Assembly: GCA_965248535.1 (NCBI GenBank)
Contig: CBDFJR010000005.1
Span: 480,001 to 544,000 of the forward strand
DNA length: 64,000 nucleotides
DNA from: Phormidesmis sp.
Lineage (GTDB): Bacteria; Cyanobacteriota; Cyanobacteriia; Leptolyngbyales; Leptolyngbyaceae
Direction: 5' to 3'
Both the position numbers and the translations under genes were made by a program. Positions 1 to 10,236 of the stretch are shown here, one piece after another. Position 1 is the first letter of the stretch. Each line of letters begins with the position of its first letter. The notes under the pieces are model-generated. The model was not told the DNA's origin, made no database searches, and worked only from the letters and a program-made list of their open reading frames with translations.

Positions 1-211
1 GAACGCCTGATAAAAATGCAGCCGCAGAATATCCAAACCGGACTCCGATCTCTAAGATTGAAGCAGGCTTTAGAACATGAGCGATCGCCCATTTGAGTCT
101 GTAGTAATCAACCCAATCGATAAACAAATGGGCGAGAGGATCGGCGGAATAAGCAGTAGCGCGAAAGTCATATTTCGAGGATCGAACCTGTTGAATGATG
201 GCTTCAAACAT
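1..211 (-). CDS. Partial CDS (runs off the window): class I SAM-dependent methyltransferase-like N-terminus, polysaccharide-locus associated
   Basis: Not in the ORF track. Hand translation from ATG at 211: MFEAIIQQVRSSKYDFRATAYSADPLAHLFIDWVDYYRLKWAIAHVLKPASILEIGVRFGYSAAAF. ILEIGxxxGxS is SAM-binding motif I. The start overlaps the wzt stop. Confidence 0.75.
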   Translation of the reverse strand, partial: MFEAIIQQVRSSKYDFRATAYSADPLAHLFIDWVDYYRLKWAIAHVLKPASILEIGVRFGYSAAAFLSGV

Positions 212-1505
212 AAGTCTTTCTATGGAGCGTGACGGACGGATTAAGATTGACTACCCCATGCCAGAGTGACGCATTCTTTTGTCTCAAGACTTTGATGATG
301 GCTGTGTCATGAAGATAGGTCAGCACCCGTTTGAATCTTCCTTCTGAGAAGCCGCCATCGGCAACCCCAATGGTGATCGTGTATTCGCCCTCTGCTAAGG
401 GAAGATCAAACTGAAAGCGAACGTCTAGAAAGTCATCTGCAACCACTGGGCCAATAAATTGACGCATACAGTAGGTGTTAGTTTCAAACATGACTTCTCC
501 AATTCGATTCCGAATTTTGAAACCAACGTGGGGGTCTTCAATCTGGTCTAAAAACACTAGCCCGATCGCGATTTGCAACGTCTGGTCGCTCGTGATGCAC
601 TGCACTTCACGATCGTCTTGATCTAAGAGTTTGATAAATTCTATCGACACACAATCAGCGCTGATTGCAGCCTGCGGACTCTGATCATCACGGTCTTGAG
701 CAACGTCTTGAGGAAACAAAGCACTAGATTGAGGCTGTAGCTGAATCTCAACGAGATCAGGGCGGCTATCTAACTTCTTTAAAAGTTTTGCTTCATATAA
801 GTTGATCACCTGCTTGGGTTTAGCATCGAGCACGGCTTGCCCATGTTCCATCAAAATGGCCCGATCGCACAGTTTATAAACCGCCGTTGAATCGTGAGAG
901 ACGAAAAATAAAGTGACCCCTGAATCTCTCAAACCTCTAATTCGCTCAAAGCATTTCTGCTGAAAATAAATATCGCCAACTGCCAGCGCTTCATCAATAA
1001 TCAAAACGTCTGGGTCAGCACTCACGGCTACTGAAAATGCAAGACGAACCAACATACCGCTTGAATAGGTTTTAACGGGTTGGTCAATGAAATCTCCAAT
1101 ATCAGCAAAGGCAGCAATTTCATCAAACTTTTTTTCGATTTCTTGCTGACTCAAGCCTAAAACACGCCCATTAAAAAACACGTTTTGCCGACCCGTAAAT
1201 TCTGGGTTAAAACCGCTCCCTAGTTCCAATAGGGCGGAGACTCTACCGTGAACTTTCACCTGCCCAGTTGTGGGCGTTAGAGTGCCAGCAATCAGTTGCA
1301 ACAAGGTGCTTTTGCCTGAGCCATTTTGCCCAATAATGCCTAAGGTTTCTCCTTGGGCAACCTCTAGAGAAATATCTTGCAGTGCCCAGAATTCATGACC
1401 TCGGCTCCGATTGGGCAATAACATTTCTTTGAGTCGATCGACGGGTCGAGGATATCGCCTAAAACACTTCGAGACATTTTTGAGAGAAATTGCAATCTCA
1501 CTCAT
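204..1505 (-). CDS. wzt: Polysaccharide/O-antigen ABC exporter ATP-binding subunit with C-terminal Wzt_C domain
   Basis: Walker A GQNGSGKST, YSSGM signature, LIIDEALAVGD, long C-terminal extension. Confidence 0.93.
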   Translation of the reverse strand: MSEIAISLKNVSKCFRRYPRPVDRLKEMLLPNRSRGHEFWALQDISLEVAQGETLGIIGQNGSGKSTLLQLIAGTLTPTTGQVKVHGRVSALLELGSGFNPEFTGRQNVFFNGRVLGLSQQEIEKKFDEIAAFADIGDFIDQPVKTYSSGMLVRLAFSVAVSADPDVLIIDEALAVGDIYFQQKCFERIRGLRDSGVTLFFVSHDSTAVYKLCDRAILMEHGQAVLDAKPKQVINLYEAKLLKKLDSRPDLVEIQLQPQSSALFPQDVAQDRDDQSPQAAISADCVSIEFIKLLDQDDREVQCITSDQTLQIAIGLVFLDQIEDPHVGFKIRNRIGEVMFETNTYCMRQFIGPVVADDFLDVRFQFDLPLAEGEYTITIGVADGGFSEGRFKRVLTYLHDTAIIKVLRQKNASLWHGVVNLNPSVTLHRKTYV

Positions 1506-1565
1506 ATATTCTGGTTAATCCTCAAAACGCTCACACTCACTTTGATCAAAATTCAACAACTTGTT

Positions 1566-2441
1566 CTAAAGCACATCTGCAAAAGCAGGACGTAATCGCC
1601 TGTAGACAGACAGCCCAATCACAAAAATCAGGAGAGAAACCCCGGAAGTGATGCCCCATTCTAACCAGTGGTGAACTTCTCCTACTAAAACCAAATCGCG
1701 GTAGATCTCGGCGATCGCGGCCAGGGGGTTAAACCAAAAGATCCAAAAGCGCAGTTCGTCAGGAATCACCGACGCTGGGTAGACGATCGGAGTTAGATAA
1801 AACAACAGGTTGAGAGCGATCGCGATCGTTTGCGGAACATCTCTCAAGAATACTGTGAGTCCTGCTAGCAGATAGCCTAAACCTGCCGTCAGCAGCAGTT
1901 GTGGAATCCAAATCAGCGGAAATAACCAAAGTGTAATGTGAATCGTTTTAGCGGAGACGGCCACAAACACAATCAGCGCCATCAAACCCAGCAAGCTCTC
2001 AACAAAGGCTGAAAGAATCGGCACTAAAGGCAACAAAACTAATGGAAAAACTACTTTTTTAACCAGATTGGGCTGTGCAACAACCGAGGAAGTGGCTTGA
2101 AGCAAGCCTGTCATAAAAGCCATCCAGGGCACCAGCCCTGCAAACAGCCAGAGACCAAACGTAAAGTTATTGGCTGGAAGCCCAGTTAAATTGAGCTTGA
2201 CCTTAAGCACGATCGAGAACAAATAGGTATAGACCAGCAACTGTGCCAGTTGATTGAGTAAAGACCAAAGATTGCCCAAAACTGACCCCTTATAGCGAGC
2301 TTCTAAGTCTCGCTGCACAAGGGTTTTGAGCAGATCCAGCTTAACCCACCAAGGATGACGGATCGGAAATCGCTGAATCGCTCTGCGGGCAACTGTTTTG
2401 ATGGGCTTTAGCAAGTGATATTTTTCCTCTGCCTGACTCAA
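1566..2441 (-). CDS. wzm: ABC-2 polysaccharide exporter permease
   Basis: RDLEARYKGSVLGNLW and FYLTPIVYP motifs, about 6 hydrophobic segments, directly upstream of wzt; start uncertain. Confidence 0.92.
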   Translation of the reverse strand: MSQAEEKYHLLKPIKTVARRAIQRFPIRHPWWVKLDLLKTLVQRDLEARYKGSVLGNLWSLLNQLAQLLVYTYLFSIVLKVKLNLTGLPANNFTFGLWLFAGLVPWMAFMTGLLQATSSVVAQPNLVKKVVFPLVLLPLVPILSAFVESLLGLMALIVFVAVSAKTIHITLWLFPLIWIPQLLLTAGLGYLLAGLTVFLRDVPQTIAIALNLLFYLTPIVYPASVIPDELRFWIFWFNPLAAIAEIYRDLVLVGEVHHWLEWGITSGVSLLIFVIGLSVYRRLRPAFADVL

Positions 2442-2548
2442 ATTCTGACGTTGCTTGAGGGCAATGCTGGTCTTGATGGTCAGATCTTGATAGTTGGCTG
2501 TCCCCCTAATCAGTCAATCTGCCGATTGCCTCAATCTCAGATAGGATA

Positions 2549-3088
2549 TCAGGTGATGGCGCGCTGTAGGGCTTGCGCGATCGCCTCTTTTTGAGCAGCA
2601 TCATAGCCCCAGCGCTCTAGAAAGCCTTGATAGTGCCCTGCTCCAGACGCAATGCTCTCTAATAGACTCTGAATTTTAGGTTGAACGGCTGCCAGTTGAA
2701 GCTGTTGAATCAAGTGCAAGGTGCGCTGCTGCACCCGCTCTGAGCCTTGCGCCATCTCTAGATTCTGATTGCGCCGATGGGCCAAAATCATTGCGGTGGA
2801 CATGGCTAAATTTTTCACGAGCAGTTCCGATATGATCGCGGGCGACGATCGCAACCCCTGCACCACGCCGCTAGAGGGCTGATCTGCCAACGATCGCGGA
2901 TCAGTTAAATAGGTGACAAAGAATCCACGCGCTCCATTTTCAGTGGCCGCTAATGCCGCGATCGGGCGCTCAATCTCGTCTTCAGACAGCCTTCCGTGCT
3001 CTACCTCAGCCAAAATTGATTGGGTCAGCGCGATCGCATCTTCAAAAGAAATCGCGTCAGGAACTAGAAAAGTCACAGCGATCGTCAT
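2549..3088 (-). CDS. Conserved cyanobacterial hypothetical protein
   Basis: 179-aa ORF with NGARGFFVTYLT and FLERWGYD blocks, divergent from ruvB. Confidence 0.75.
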   Translation of the reverse strand: MTIAVTFLVPDAISFEDAIALTQSILAEVEHGRLSEDEIERPIAALAATENGARGFFVTYLTDPRSLADQPSSGVVQGLRSSPAIISELLVKNLAMSTAMILAHRRNQNLEMAQGSERVQQRTLHLIQQLQLAAVQPKIQSLLESIASGAGHYQGFLERWGYDAAQKEAIAQALQRAIT

Positions 3089-3125
3089 CTTTTTTCAAGC
3101 TCTACGGGTATGATTGTACTCAATT

Positions 3126-4316
3126 ATGGCGATTATCTCCTCCAGAAAGCAGGCACCTGAGCCAGACCGTCTAGATTCTGCACAGTTGGGGCAACTCCCG
3201 CTCACTGGGCACGCTTCTGATGGGGGAAAGCCGCCTAGAAAACCGCCTCAGGTTGGTGTGCTGCAACCAGAGCCAGACGATCGAGACGACAACGCTCGCA
3301 AAGAACTGCTAAAAGCCGAGTCAGAGCCAGAAGAGCACGGCAAGCCCGAAGAACGGCTGCGACCTCAGAAGTTGAGTGATTATGTGGGGCAAAAAGACTT
3401 AAAAGATGTCTTAGACATTGCGATTCAGGCGGCCAAAGTTCGCAAAGAGCCGTTAGACCATCTTTTGCTCTACGGGCCGCCGGGTTTGGGCAAAACTACC
3501 ATGTCGCTAATTTTGGCTGCTGAAATGGGGGTCAACTGCAAAATCACCAGCGCTCCTTCCTTAGAGCGTCCTCGTGACATTATGGGGCTGCTGGTGACGC
3601 TGCAACCGGGTGACGTGTTGTTTATTGATGAGATTCACCGTCTGCCCAGAATTACTGAAGAGTTGCTCTATCCAGCGATGGAGGATTTTCGGGTCGATGT
3701 GATTGGTGGCAAAGGGCGCAGTGCTCGCACTCAGTCAATCAAGCTGGCTCCGTTTACTCTAGTGGGGGCAACCACTCGCGTGGGAGCGTTGACTTCACCG
3801 TTGCGCGATCGCTTCGGCTTAATTCAAAAACTCCGCTTTTATGAACTTAATGAATTGACCTATATCGTGTTGAGAACGGCCTCTCTGTTAAACACGCCCA
3901 TCACGGCTGAGGGGGCTTGTGAGATTGCCCGTCGTTCTCGCGGCACGCCCCGCATCGCCAATCGCCTGTTAAAACGGGTCAGAGACTATGTTCAGGTCAA
4001 AGCGTCTGGAGAGGTGACTCAAGACATTGCGGCAGAAGCGCTGGAATTGTTTGATGTCGATCCCTGCGGGTTAGATTGGACAGATCGCCGCCTTCTCAGC
4101 TTTATGATCGAGCGACACAATGGCGGCCCGGTCGGGCTAGAAACGCTAGCCGCCTCCACGGGAGAAGACTCGCAGACGATCGAAGAAGTCTATGAACCCT
4201 ATTTGATGCAAATCGGCTATCTCAGCCGCACTCCGAGGGGGCGCATCGCAACGGCGGCGGCGTGGAAACACTTGGGCTATCAGCCCCCCGATAGTCAACT
4301 TTCTCTCATGTCATGA
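3126..4316 (+). CDS. ruvB: Holliday junction branch migration helicase RuvB
   Basis: [50 protein letters not shown]; start moved to ATG 3126 (MAIISS). Confidence 0.97.
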   Translation: MAIISSRKQAPEPDRLDSAQLGQLPLTGHASDGGKPPRKPPQVGVLQPEPDDRDDNARKELLKAESEPEEHGKPEERLRPQKLSDYVGQKDLKDVLDIAIQAAKVRKEPLDHLLLYGPPGLGKTTMSLILAAEMGVNCKITSAPSLERPRDIMGLLVTLQPGDVLFIDEIHRLPRITEELLYPAMEDFRVDVIGGKGRSARTQSIKLAPFTLVGATTRVGALTSPLRDRFGLIQKLRFYELNELTYIVLRTASLLNTPITAEGACEIARRSRGTPRIANRLLKRVRDYVQVKASGEVTQDIAAEALELFDVDPCGLDWTDRRLLSFMIERHNGGPVGLETLAASTGEDSQTIEEVYEPYLMQIGYLSRTPRGRIATAAAWKHLGYQPPDSQLSLMS

Positions 4317-4331
4317 ATCTGGAGTGATCGA

Positions 4332-5156
4332 ATGCGTTGCTGGCTGAAATCTTTTTTGGCGTTTTTGCTAATCGGGCTAATCGGGTTGGGCATTTCTCCC
4401 GTTTGGGCGGCTGAAGAAGTCGTCTCGCCTCAGCCCTCGGCTCTCGATCTATTTGAGCAACTTGGCGTGCTCAGAGAGCAAGCGTTTGAGGCGACGAACA
4501 AAGGCGATTTCTCGTCGGCTGAAGGATATTGGACTCAAATCATTGATCGGTTTCCTGACAACGCTGCTGCCTGGAGCAATCGCGGCAATGCTAGAGTCAG
4601 CCAAAACAAGCTAGAGGGCGCGATCGCTGATTTTAACCAAGCGATGAAACTGGCTCCTAGTGCTCCCGATCCTTATCTAAACCGAGGAGCGGCGCTAGAA
4701 GGGTTGGGCAAATGGGAGGCGGCGATCGCTGACTACAATCATGTTTTAGAGCTTGACCCCAACGATCCGGCGGCCTACAACAATCGCGGCAATGCTGAAG
4801 CGGGGTTAGGCAATTGGGAGTTGGCGATCGCTGATTTTCAAAAAGCGTCTGATCTTGCGCCTCAATATGCGTTTGCCCGGGCCAACTATGCTCTTGCTCA
4901 ATATCAGCTTGGGCAAACCCTAGAATCGGTTCGCACGATGAAAAACCTGGTTCGCAAATATCCCAAGTTTGCCGATATGCGGGCAGCTTTGACGGCGGCC
5001 CTGTGGGTGCAGGGCAAGCAGGGCGAAGCCGAAAGTCAGTGGGTGTCTGCGGTCGGTCTCGATCGCCGCTACAAAGACATCAACTGGGTTAAAACGACTC
5101 GTCGCTGGCCTCCCCAAATCGCCGCCGCTCTAGAGAAATTCTTAAATCTTCAGTGA
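4332..5156 (+). CDS. Exported tetratricopeptide repeat protein
   Basis: Signal peptide, then repeated A(W/Y)xNRG...AIAD(F/Y) TPR units. Confidence 0.9.
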   Translation: MRCWLKSFLAFLLIGLIGLGISPVWAAEEVVSPQPSALDLFEQLGVLREQAFEATNKGDFSSAEGYWTQIIDRFPDNAAAWSNRGNARVSQNKLEGAIADFNQAMKLAPSAPDPYLNRGAALEGLGKWEAAIADYNHVLELDPNDPAAYNNRGNAEAGLGNWELAIADFQKASDLAPQYAFARANYALAQYQLGQTLESVRTMKNLVRKYPKFADMRAALTAALWVQGKQGEAESQWVSAVGLDRRYKDINWVKTTRRWPPQIAAALEKFLNLQ

Positions 5157-5163
5157 CTAATAT

Positions 5164-5982
5164 TTAAGCCGCTCGAAGCTGTGCTAACTCAAAAACTTTG
5201 TCAGGCGTGAGTTCCTGCACATTGCTCAACACAATTTCTGCTCCCGCTTGCAAAAGCAAGTTGATGTAGGCGTGACGTTGCTCCTCATTTTGCTGAACGT
5301 GGGGGGGAAGCACTCCGACGGCAATCCACGCCCGATCGGGGCATCGCTTTCGCGCTTGAGCGATCGTATACATATCGGCTACCGTGTCTCCAACATAAAT
5401 CACGGGCGGCTTTTGCTCCGGCTCTAAACGGCGCACGCTTTCAAACAGTCCCGTGGGGTCAGGCTTGCCGGGTGCGTCTTCCATCGCGATCAAGACAGGA
5501 GCCTGCAACCCCAATCGCTTCTCTAACACATAATTAGCCGAGGCTCTGGTCGCGCCGCTAAAAAACCCCCAGCAGATTTCGGCTTGAGTCAGGGAGGCTA
5601 AATAGGCAGGGTCTAACAGCAGCGGCTCATCGCAGATATAGCCCGTCCAGTGGTCAGCATCGGGGCCGCGATATTTAGACTGAAAGAAAAAAACTAATTC
5701 TTGGTAGTCTAGAGCGATCGCGCTGCGGGCAGATCCCTGGGCCTCAAAATATCGATAGATTAGCTCTTGAGAAGCCTCCCAGTCGTTATTCCACGTTCCT
5801 TCTGACTTGAGGGTGTCTATTGCTTGAGCAGTCGGGCGGTAGGCGCTTTGAGTAAACCGCTCTACTGTATCGGCTAGAGCGCGACGATAAGAGCCGCCCA
5901 CATCTCTGACAACGCCGTCAATATCAAAGACCACGATCGCTGCCAATTTTTTCAACCCTGCCTCTCGTTCCTGATTTAGCAC
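5164..5982 (-). CDS. HAD-superfamily hydrolase (TIGR01548-like)
   Basis: FDIDGV motif I, GKPDP, YVGDTVADM; start uncertain. Confidence 0.88.
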   Translation of the reverse strand: MLNQEREAGLKKLAAIVVFDIDGVVRDVGGSYRRALADTVERFTQSAYRPTAQAIDTLKSEGTWNNDWEASQELIYRYFEAQGSARSAIALDYQELVFFFQSKYRGPDADHWTGYICDEPLLLDPAYLASLTQAEICWGFFSGATRASANYVLEKRLGLQAPVLIAMEDAPGKPDPTGLFESVRRLEPEQKPPVIYVGDTVADMYTIAQARKRCPDRAWIAVGVLPPHVQQNEEQRHAYINLLLQAGAEIVLSNVQELTPDKVFELAQLRAA

Positions 5983-6092
5983 GCCGCTCTCACTCCGAAT
6001 TGATGCAAAATCTCGTAATTTTTTCTATCTATAAGAACAGTACGATAGAATAGCTGATTGTAATCAAGCTTGGGATTGCGCTGGAGGTTGGA

Positions 6093-6392
6093 TTGTCGAA
6101 GTTTATCTTAAAGGTTCTCTGGTTAGATGAGAACGTGGCACTAGCAGTCGATCAAGTAGTCGGCAAAGGCACCAGTCCTTTAACGTCTTACTTTTTCTGG
6201 CCGCGCAATGATGCCTGGGAACAACTCAAAACTGAGTTAGAAAAGAAACACTGGATTTCTGAGGTCGATCGCGTCGAGTTGCTCAACAAAGCCACCGAGG
6301 TGATTAACTATTGGCAAGAAGAGGGCAAACGCCGTCCGATGGCAGAAGCCCAGTCAAAGTTTCCAGAAGTGACGTTTACCGGAAGCGCTTGA
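6093..6392 (+). CDS. ycf65: 30S ribosomal protein PSRP-3 (Ycf65)
   Basis: LKVLWL..VALAVDQ..G.SPLT.YFFWPR.DAWE.LK signature; GGAGG RBS before TTG start. Confidence 0.93.
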   Translation: MSKFILKVLWLDENVALAVDQVVGKGTSPLTSYFFWPRNDAWEQLKTELEKKHWISEVDRVELLNKATEVINYWQEEGKRRPMAEAQSKFPEVTFTGSA

Positions 6393-6450
6393 TTTTTGCC
6401 TCGCGGCAGAGCCAGCAGCTTGAACGAGTCGGTTAAATTGAATCACTCTA

Positions 6451-6490
6451 GGCAGCCCCGATCGTGAATCTCGCAGGTTGGGGCTTGTTC
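6451..6490 (+). terminator. Possible terminator/stability hairpin after ycf65
   Basis: AGCCCCGAT...GTTGGGGCT stem with G-U pairs and a weak T tail. Confidence 0.35.
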
Positions 6491-6641
6491 TATAGTGGGG
6501 TTAAATCGACCTTGACTCCAAAATTAGGCAAACTGTAAATAAAATATGACTTTTATAATGATTTAATAATTTCATTACGAGCCTTCACGTTTTCATTCTT
6601 AGCATCCTTTAACGAACGCCATTTAACAGGTAGGTAGCTTC

Positions 6642-8939
6642 ATGTCTATGACCATTGCCCCCGATCAGGTAGAGCGGATTGTCTGGAACCAGCATCAAGA
6701 CCCCTTTGAGGTGTTGGGCCCACATCCAGTAGAGCGGGATGGTAAAACGGTCTGGGTCGTGCGAGCTTATCAACCCACTGCTGATGCTGCCTGGGTTATC
6801 TTGCCAGAGCAGCGAGAAGAACACCCGATGCAGTCGATCTATCATCCCCACTTTTTTGAATGCACGATCGACACCCCCGATCTCACCAACTATCAGTTGA
6901 GAATCAGAGAAGGAGATCACGATCGCGTTATCTATGACCCCTATGCCTTTCGGTCTCCTTTTCTGACCGATTTTGATGTTCATCTCTTCTCCGAAGGCAA
7001 CCATCACCGCATCTACGAAAAACTCGGTGCCCACGCAGTTCAGGTCGATGGCGTAAAAGGGGTCTATTTTGCAGTCTGGGCCCCCAACGCTCGCAGCGTC
7101 TCGGCGATCGGTGACTTTAACGATTGGGATGGGCGCAAACACCAGATGCGGCGCGGTCAGACTGGGGTGTGGGAACTTTTTATTCCAGAATTAGGCATCG
7201 GCACTCACTACAAATACGAAATCAAAAACCAGGATGGGCACATCTACGAGAAGTCTGATCCCTATGGGTTTCAGCAAGAGGCTCGCCCCAAAACAGCCTC
7301 GATCGTCACCGATCTAGACTCCTACACCTGGCAAGACCAAGACTGGATGGAGCGCCGCCGCAACACTGAGCCGCTAATGCACCCGATCTCGGTCTATGAA
7401 GTGCATCTTGGCTCATGGCTTCATGCCTCGTCTGCCGAGCCTGCCAAACTCCCCAACGGCGACACTGAACCTGTTGTAGTAGTGTCAGAACTCAAACCCG
7501 GAGCGCGGTTTCTCACCTATCGAGAACTTGCCGAAAAACTGATTCCCTACGTCAAAGATCTGGGGTTCACTCACATTGAGTTGATGCCGATCGCCGAACA
7601 CCCGTTCGATGGTTCTTGGGGCTATCAAGTCGTCGGCCACTACGCCTGCACCTCTCGCTATGGCACCCCCCAAGACTTCATGTATTTTGTTGATCAGTGC
7701 CACGCCAACGACATTGGGGTGATTGTCGATTGGGTGCCGGGTCACTTCCCTAAAGACGGTCATGGTCTGGCGTTCTTTGACGGCACTCATCTTTATGAGC
7801 ATTCTGACCCGCGCAAAGGCGAACACAAAGAGTGGGGCACCCTGGTTTTCAACTATGCCCGGCATGAAGTTCGCAATTACCTGGTTTCTAATGCGCTCTT
7901 CTGGTTTGATAAATATCACATCGACGGAGTTCGCGTCGATGCGGTTGCGTCCATGCTCTATCTCGATTATTGCCGCGAACCCGGCGAGTGGGTGACCAAT
8001 CAATATGGCGGACGCGAAAACATTGAAGCCGCAGACTTTCTGCGTCAGATGAACCACACAATTTTCAGCTATTTTCCAGGGGTGCTGTCGATCGCTGAAG
8101 AATCTACGTCCTGGCCGATGGTTTCTTGGCCTACCTACGTTGGGGGTTTAGGCTTTAACCTCAAGTGGAACATGGGCTGGATGCACGATATGCTCGACTA
8201 CTTCAGCATGGACCCGTGGTTCCGGCAATTTCATCAAAACAACGTCACTTTCAGCATGTGGTATAACCACAGCGAAAATTTCATGCTGGCGCTCTCCCAT
8301 GATGAAATCGTGCACGGCAAGAGCAACATCATTGGCAAAATTCCGGGAGACGAATGGCAAAAGTTTGCCAATATGCGCTGCCTCTATGCCTTTATGTTTA
8401 CTCACCCCGGCAAAAAAACGCTGTTTATGAGTATGGAGTTTGGGCAGTGGAGTGAGTGGAACGTCTGGGGCGACCTAGATTGGCAGCTTTTGCAGTTTGA
8501 GCCGCACCAAAAGCTCAAGCATTTTATGGAAGCGCTCAACGCCACTTATCGCAGTGAACCTGCCCTCTACACTCAAGATTTTGCCGAGCCAGGGTTTGAA
8601 TGGATTGACTGTAGCGACAATCGGCACAGCGTCGTCGCGTTCATTCGTCGGGCTAAAGACTCTGACGAATTTGTGATCACAGTCTGCAATTTTACCCCTC
8701 AGCCTCACAGTCACTATCGAGTCGGCGTTCCAGAAGCCGGGTTCTATACAGAACTCTTAAACAGCGATGCCCGCGAATATGGCGGCAGCAACATGGGCAA
8801 CCTGGGAGGAAAATGGACTGAGGAGTGGAGCTATCACAGCCGACCTTACTCGATCGACCTCTGTTTACCCCCGATGTCTACGCTGGTGCTAAAGCTCGAT
8901 CGGGCAAAAACGCAAGCGGCACTCAGAGCACAGGGCTAG
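6642..8939 (+). CDS. glgB: 1,4-alpha-glucan branching enzyme
   Basis: FAVWAPNA, YEVHLGSW, SWGYQ, DWVPGHF, DGVRVDAVASMLY, AEEST, LSHDE. Confidence 0.98.
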   Translation: MSMTIAPDQVERIVWNQHQDPFEVLGPHPVERDGKTVWVVRAYQPTADAAWVILPEQREEHPMQSIYHPHFFECTIDTPDLTNYQLRIREGDHDRVIYDPYAFRSPFLTDFDVHLFSEGNHHRIYEKLGAHAVQVDGVKGVYFAVWAPNARSVSAIGDFNDWDGRKHQMRRGQTGVWELFIPELGIGTHYKYEIKNQDGHIYEKSDPYGFQQEARPKTASIVTDLDSYTWQDQDWMERRRNTEPLMHPISVYEVHLGSWLHASSAEPAKLPNGDTEPVVVVSELKPGARFLTYRELAEKLIPYVKDLGFTHIELMPIAEHPFDGSWGYQVVGHYACTSRYGTPQDFMYFVDQCHANDIGVIVDWVPGHFPKDGHGLAFFDGTHLYEHSDPRKGEHKEWGTLVFNYARHEVRNYLVSNALFWFDKYHIDGVRVDAVASMLYLDYCREPGEWVTNQYGGRENIEAADFLRQMNHTIFSYFPGVLSIAEESTSWPMVSWPTYVGGLGFNLKWNMGWMHDMLDYFSMDPWFRQFHQNNVTFSMWYNHSENFMLALSHDEIVHGKSNIIGKIPGDEWQKFANMRCLYAFMFTHPGKKTLFMSMEFGQWSEWNVWGDLDWQLLQFEPHQKLKHFMEALNATYRSEPALYTQDFAEPGFEWIDCSDNRHSVVAFIRRAKDSDEFVITVCNFTPQPHSHYRVGVPEAGFYTELLNSDAREYGGSNMGNLGGKWTEEWSYHSRPYSIDLCLPPMSTLVLKLDRAKTQAALRAQG

Positions 8940-9538
8940 TCACAAGGGTTGCCTGCCTGTCCCGGACGGTTTTCTCCCGTCCGCATGGCTCCCAGCAGCG
9001 TTGAAACCACAACACACCGCTTGACCTGGCTGTTAGGGACAGAGAGAGTGACCCTTCCCAACTGCCCATTGACTTCACCATAATGGTTAAACTGAACGCT
9101 GTATATTTCGTTCGATTTTAGTAGGGTAGTTTCTGGATTGAGTTGAACGCCCTCACCCAAGCTGTTCCAAGACAGACTGTTAGCGGCTGTAAGAGTGGCT
9201 GGATAAATTGCCCACTCGACTCTGCCATTTTGAGGTCGGAAGCTGACTTTTTGGTCAAGGTGTTTCAATTTTGCAGTGGTTTGAGCTTGACGCAAAACCT
9301 CAAAGACCTGACTTTGGGCAGTGTTTAAGCGCTGATTATTGAGAAACGATAGCCAAGAGGGGGCTGCAATTGCAAAGAGAATTCCGACAATCAAAAGAAC
9401 AGCTAGAAGCTCAATTAGGGTGAAGCCTTGGGTCGATCGAGACCGTAAATTGCTCCCACAGACCTTTAAACCCTCAATTTTCTGTGCGCCTTTAGCTCCG
9501 CTAAAACGATGGCTATGGGAATTCATAAAAAAACTCAA
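8936..9538 (-). CDS. Type IV minor pilin/pseudopilin, FimT/GspH-like (second paralog)
   Basis: Prepilin site QG|FTLIE, hydrophobic helix, C-terminal Cys pair (KRC...PCD); ATG 9526 is an alternative start. Confidence 0.88.
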   Translation of the reverse strand: MSFFMNSHSHRFSGAKGAQKIEGLKVCGSNLRSRSTQGFTLIELLAVLLIVGILFAIAAPSWLSFLNNQRLNTAQSQVFEVLRQAQTTAKLKHLDQKVSFRPQNGRVEWAIYPATLTAANSLSWNSLGEGVQLNPETTLLKSNEIYSVQFNHYGEVNGQLGRVTLSVPNSQVKRCVVVSTLLGAMRTGENRPGQAGNPCD

Positions 9539-9558
9539 AGGCGATGACCGTTGAGTTT

Positions 9559-9567
9559 AGAGTTCCC
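9559..9567 (-). promoter_or_regulatory. Candidate J-box/SigF-type -10 element (GGGAACTCT) upstream of the last pilin gene
   Basis: 7/9 match to the Nostoc SigJ J-box GGGAATACT as I recall it; short motif that could occur by chance. Confidence 0.3.
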
Positions 9568-9607
9568 AAAAATTCTCCTCAGTTTTAATTAATTCTGGAA
9601 GCGATCG

Positions 9608-10204
9608 CTAGTTACAGTCTCCATCGTCTGCCGAAGTCATGGCACCTAAAAGGGTTGTAACTTTGACACACCGCTTAGGGCTGGTAGCTGTCGTAGCCTG
9701 AACCGTGATGCTATAAGGCGTAGTGCCGATATTGGGGTTAACGTTGCCGTAAGTGTCAAAAATGATTGCGCCGCTGGTGGTTGCCGCGCCCTGATCTGGT
9801 TTTCCAGCGATCTTAATGACTCCTGGTTTGATGTCACCACTGCCCAAAACTTGCCATCTTCCATCTGAGGCGTTGACACTAGCAATGACCCCGCTTGGGG
9901 TTAACGTGTTGTCAACTACAGGCAGAACAATGATTCTCGGCTGCTGGTTTGTGCTGGTTGTGGTGGTGTTGTCGAAGACGATCGCTCGACTGGTTTTAGT
10001 TCGTTTCGCGTCGGCTTGGGCCGATCGCAGCACTTCAAACACCTGTCCTCGTGCGGTTGAGAGGCGCTGTCGATTGAGAAAGCCAACCCAACTTGGGGCG
10101 GCGATCGCAAACAAAATGCCAGCCATAATCATGATCACTAAGGCTTCAATTAAGGTAAAGCCCGCGATCGAGCGATTTGAACGGTTCCTGTTTTTCATGA
10201 TCAT
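9608..10204 (-). CDS. Type IV minor pilin/pseudopilin, FimT/GspH-like (HpsD position)
   Basis: AG|FTLIE, GILFAIAAPSW helix, C-terminal KRC...DCN; GGAG upstream. Confidence 0.88.
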   Translation of the reverse strand: MIMKNRNRSNRSIAGFTLIEALVIMIMAGILFAIAAPSWVGFLNRQRLSTARGQVFEVLRSAQADAKRTKTSRAIVFDNTTTTSTNQQPRIIVLPVVDNTLTPSGVIASVNASDGRWQVLGSGDIKPGVIKIAGKPDQGAATTSGAIIFDTYGNVNPNIGTTPYSITVQATTATSPKRCVKVTTLLGAMTSADDGDCN

Positions 10205-10236
10205 TCTCCCAGTTGAGGCACAAAAGCAGCCAATAA

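Noticed and set aside
6609..8714. Antisense and alternate-frame ORFs over glgB (and similar ones over argD, priA, petB, chlB, FKBP, pepF)
   Set aside because: Shadow ORFs of well-supported genes; no recognisable motifs
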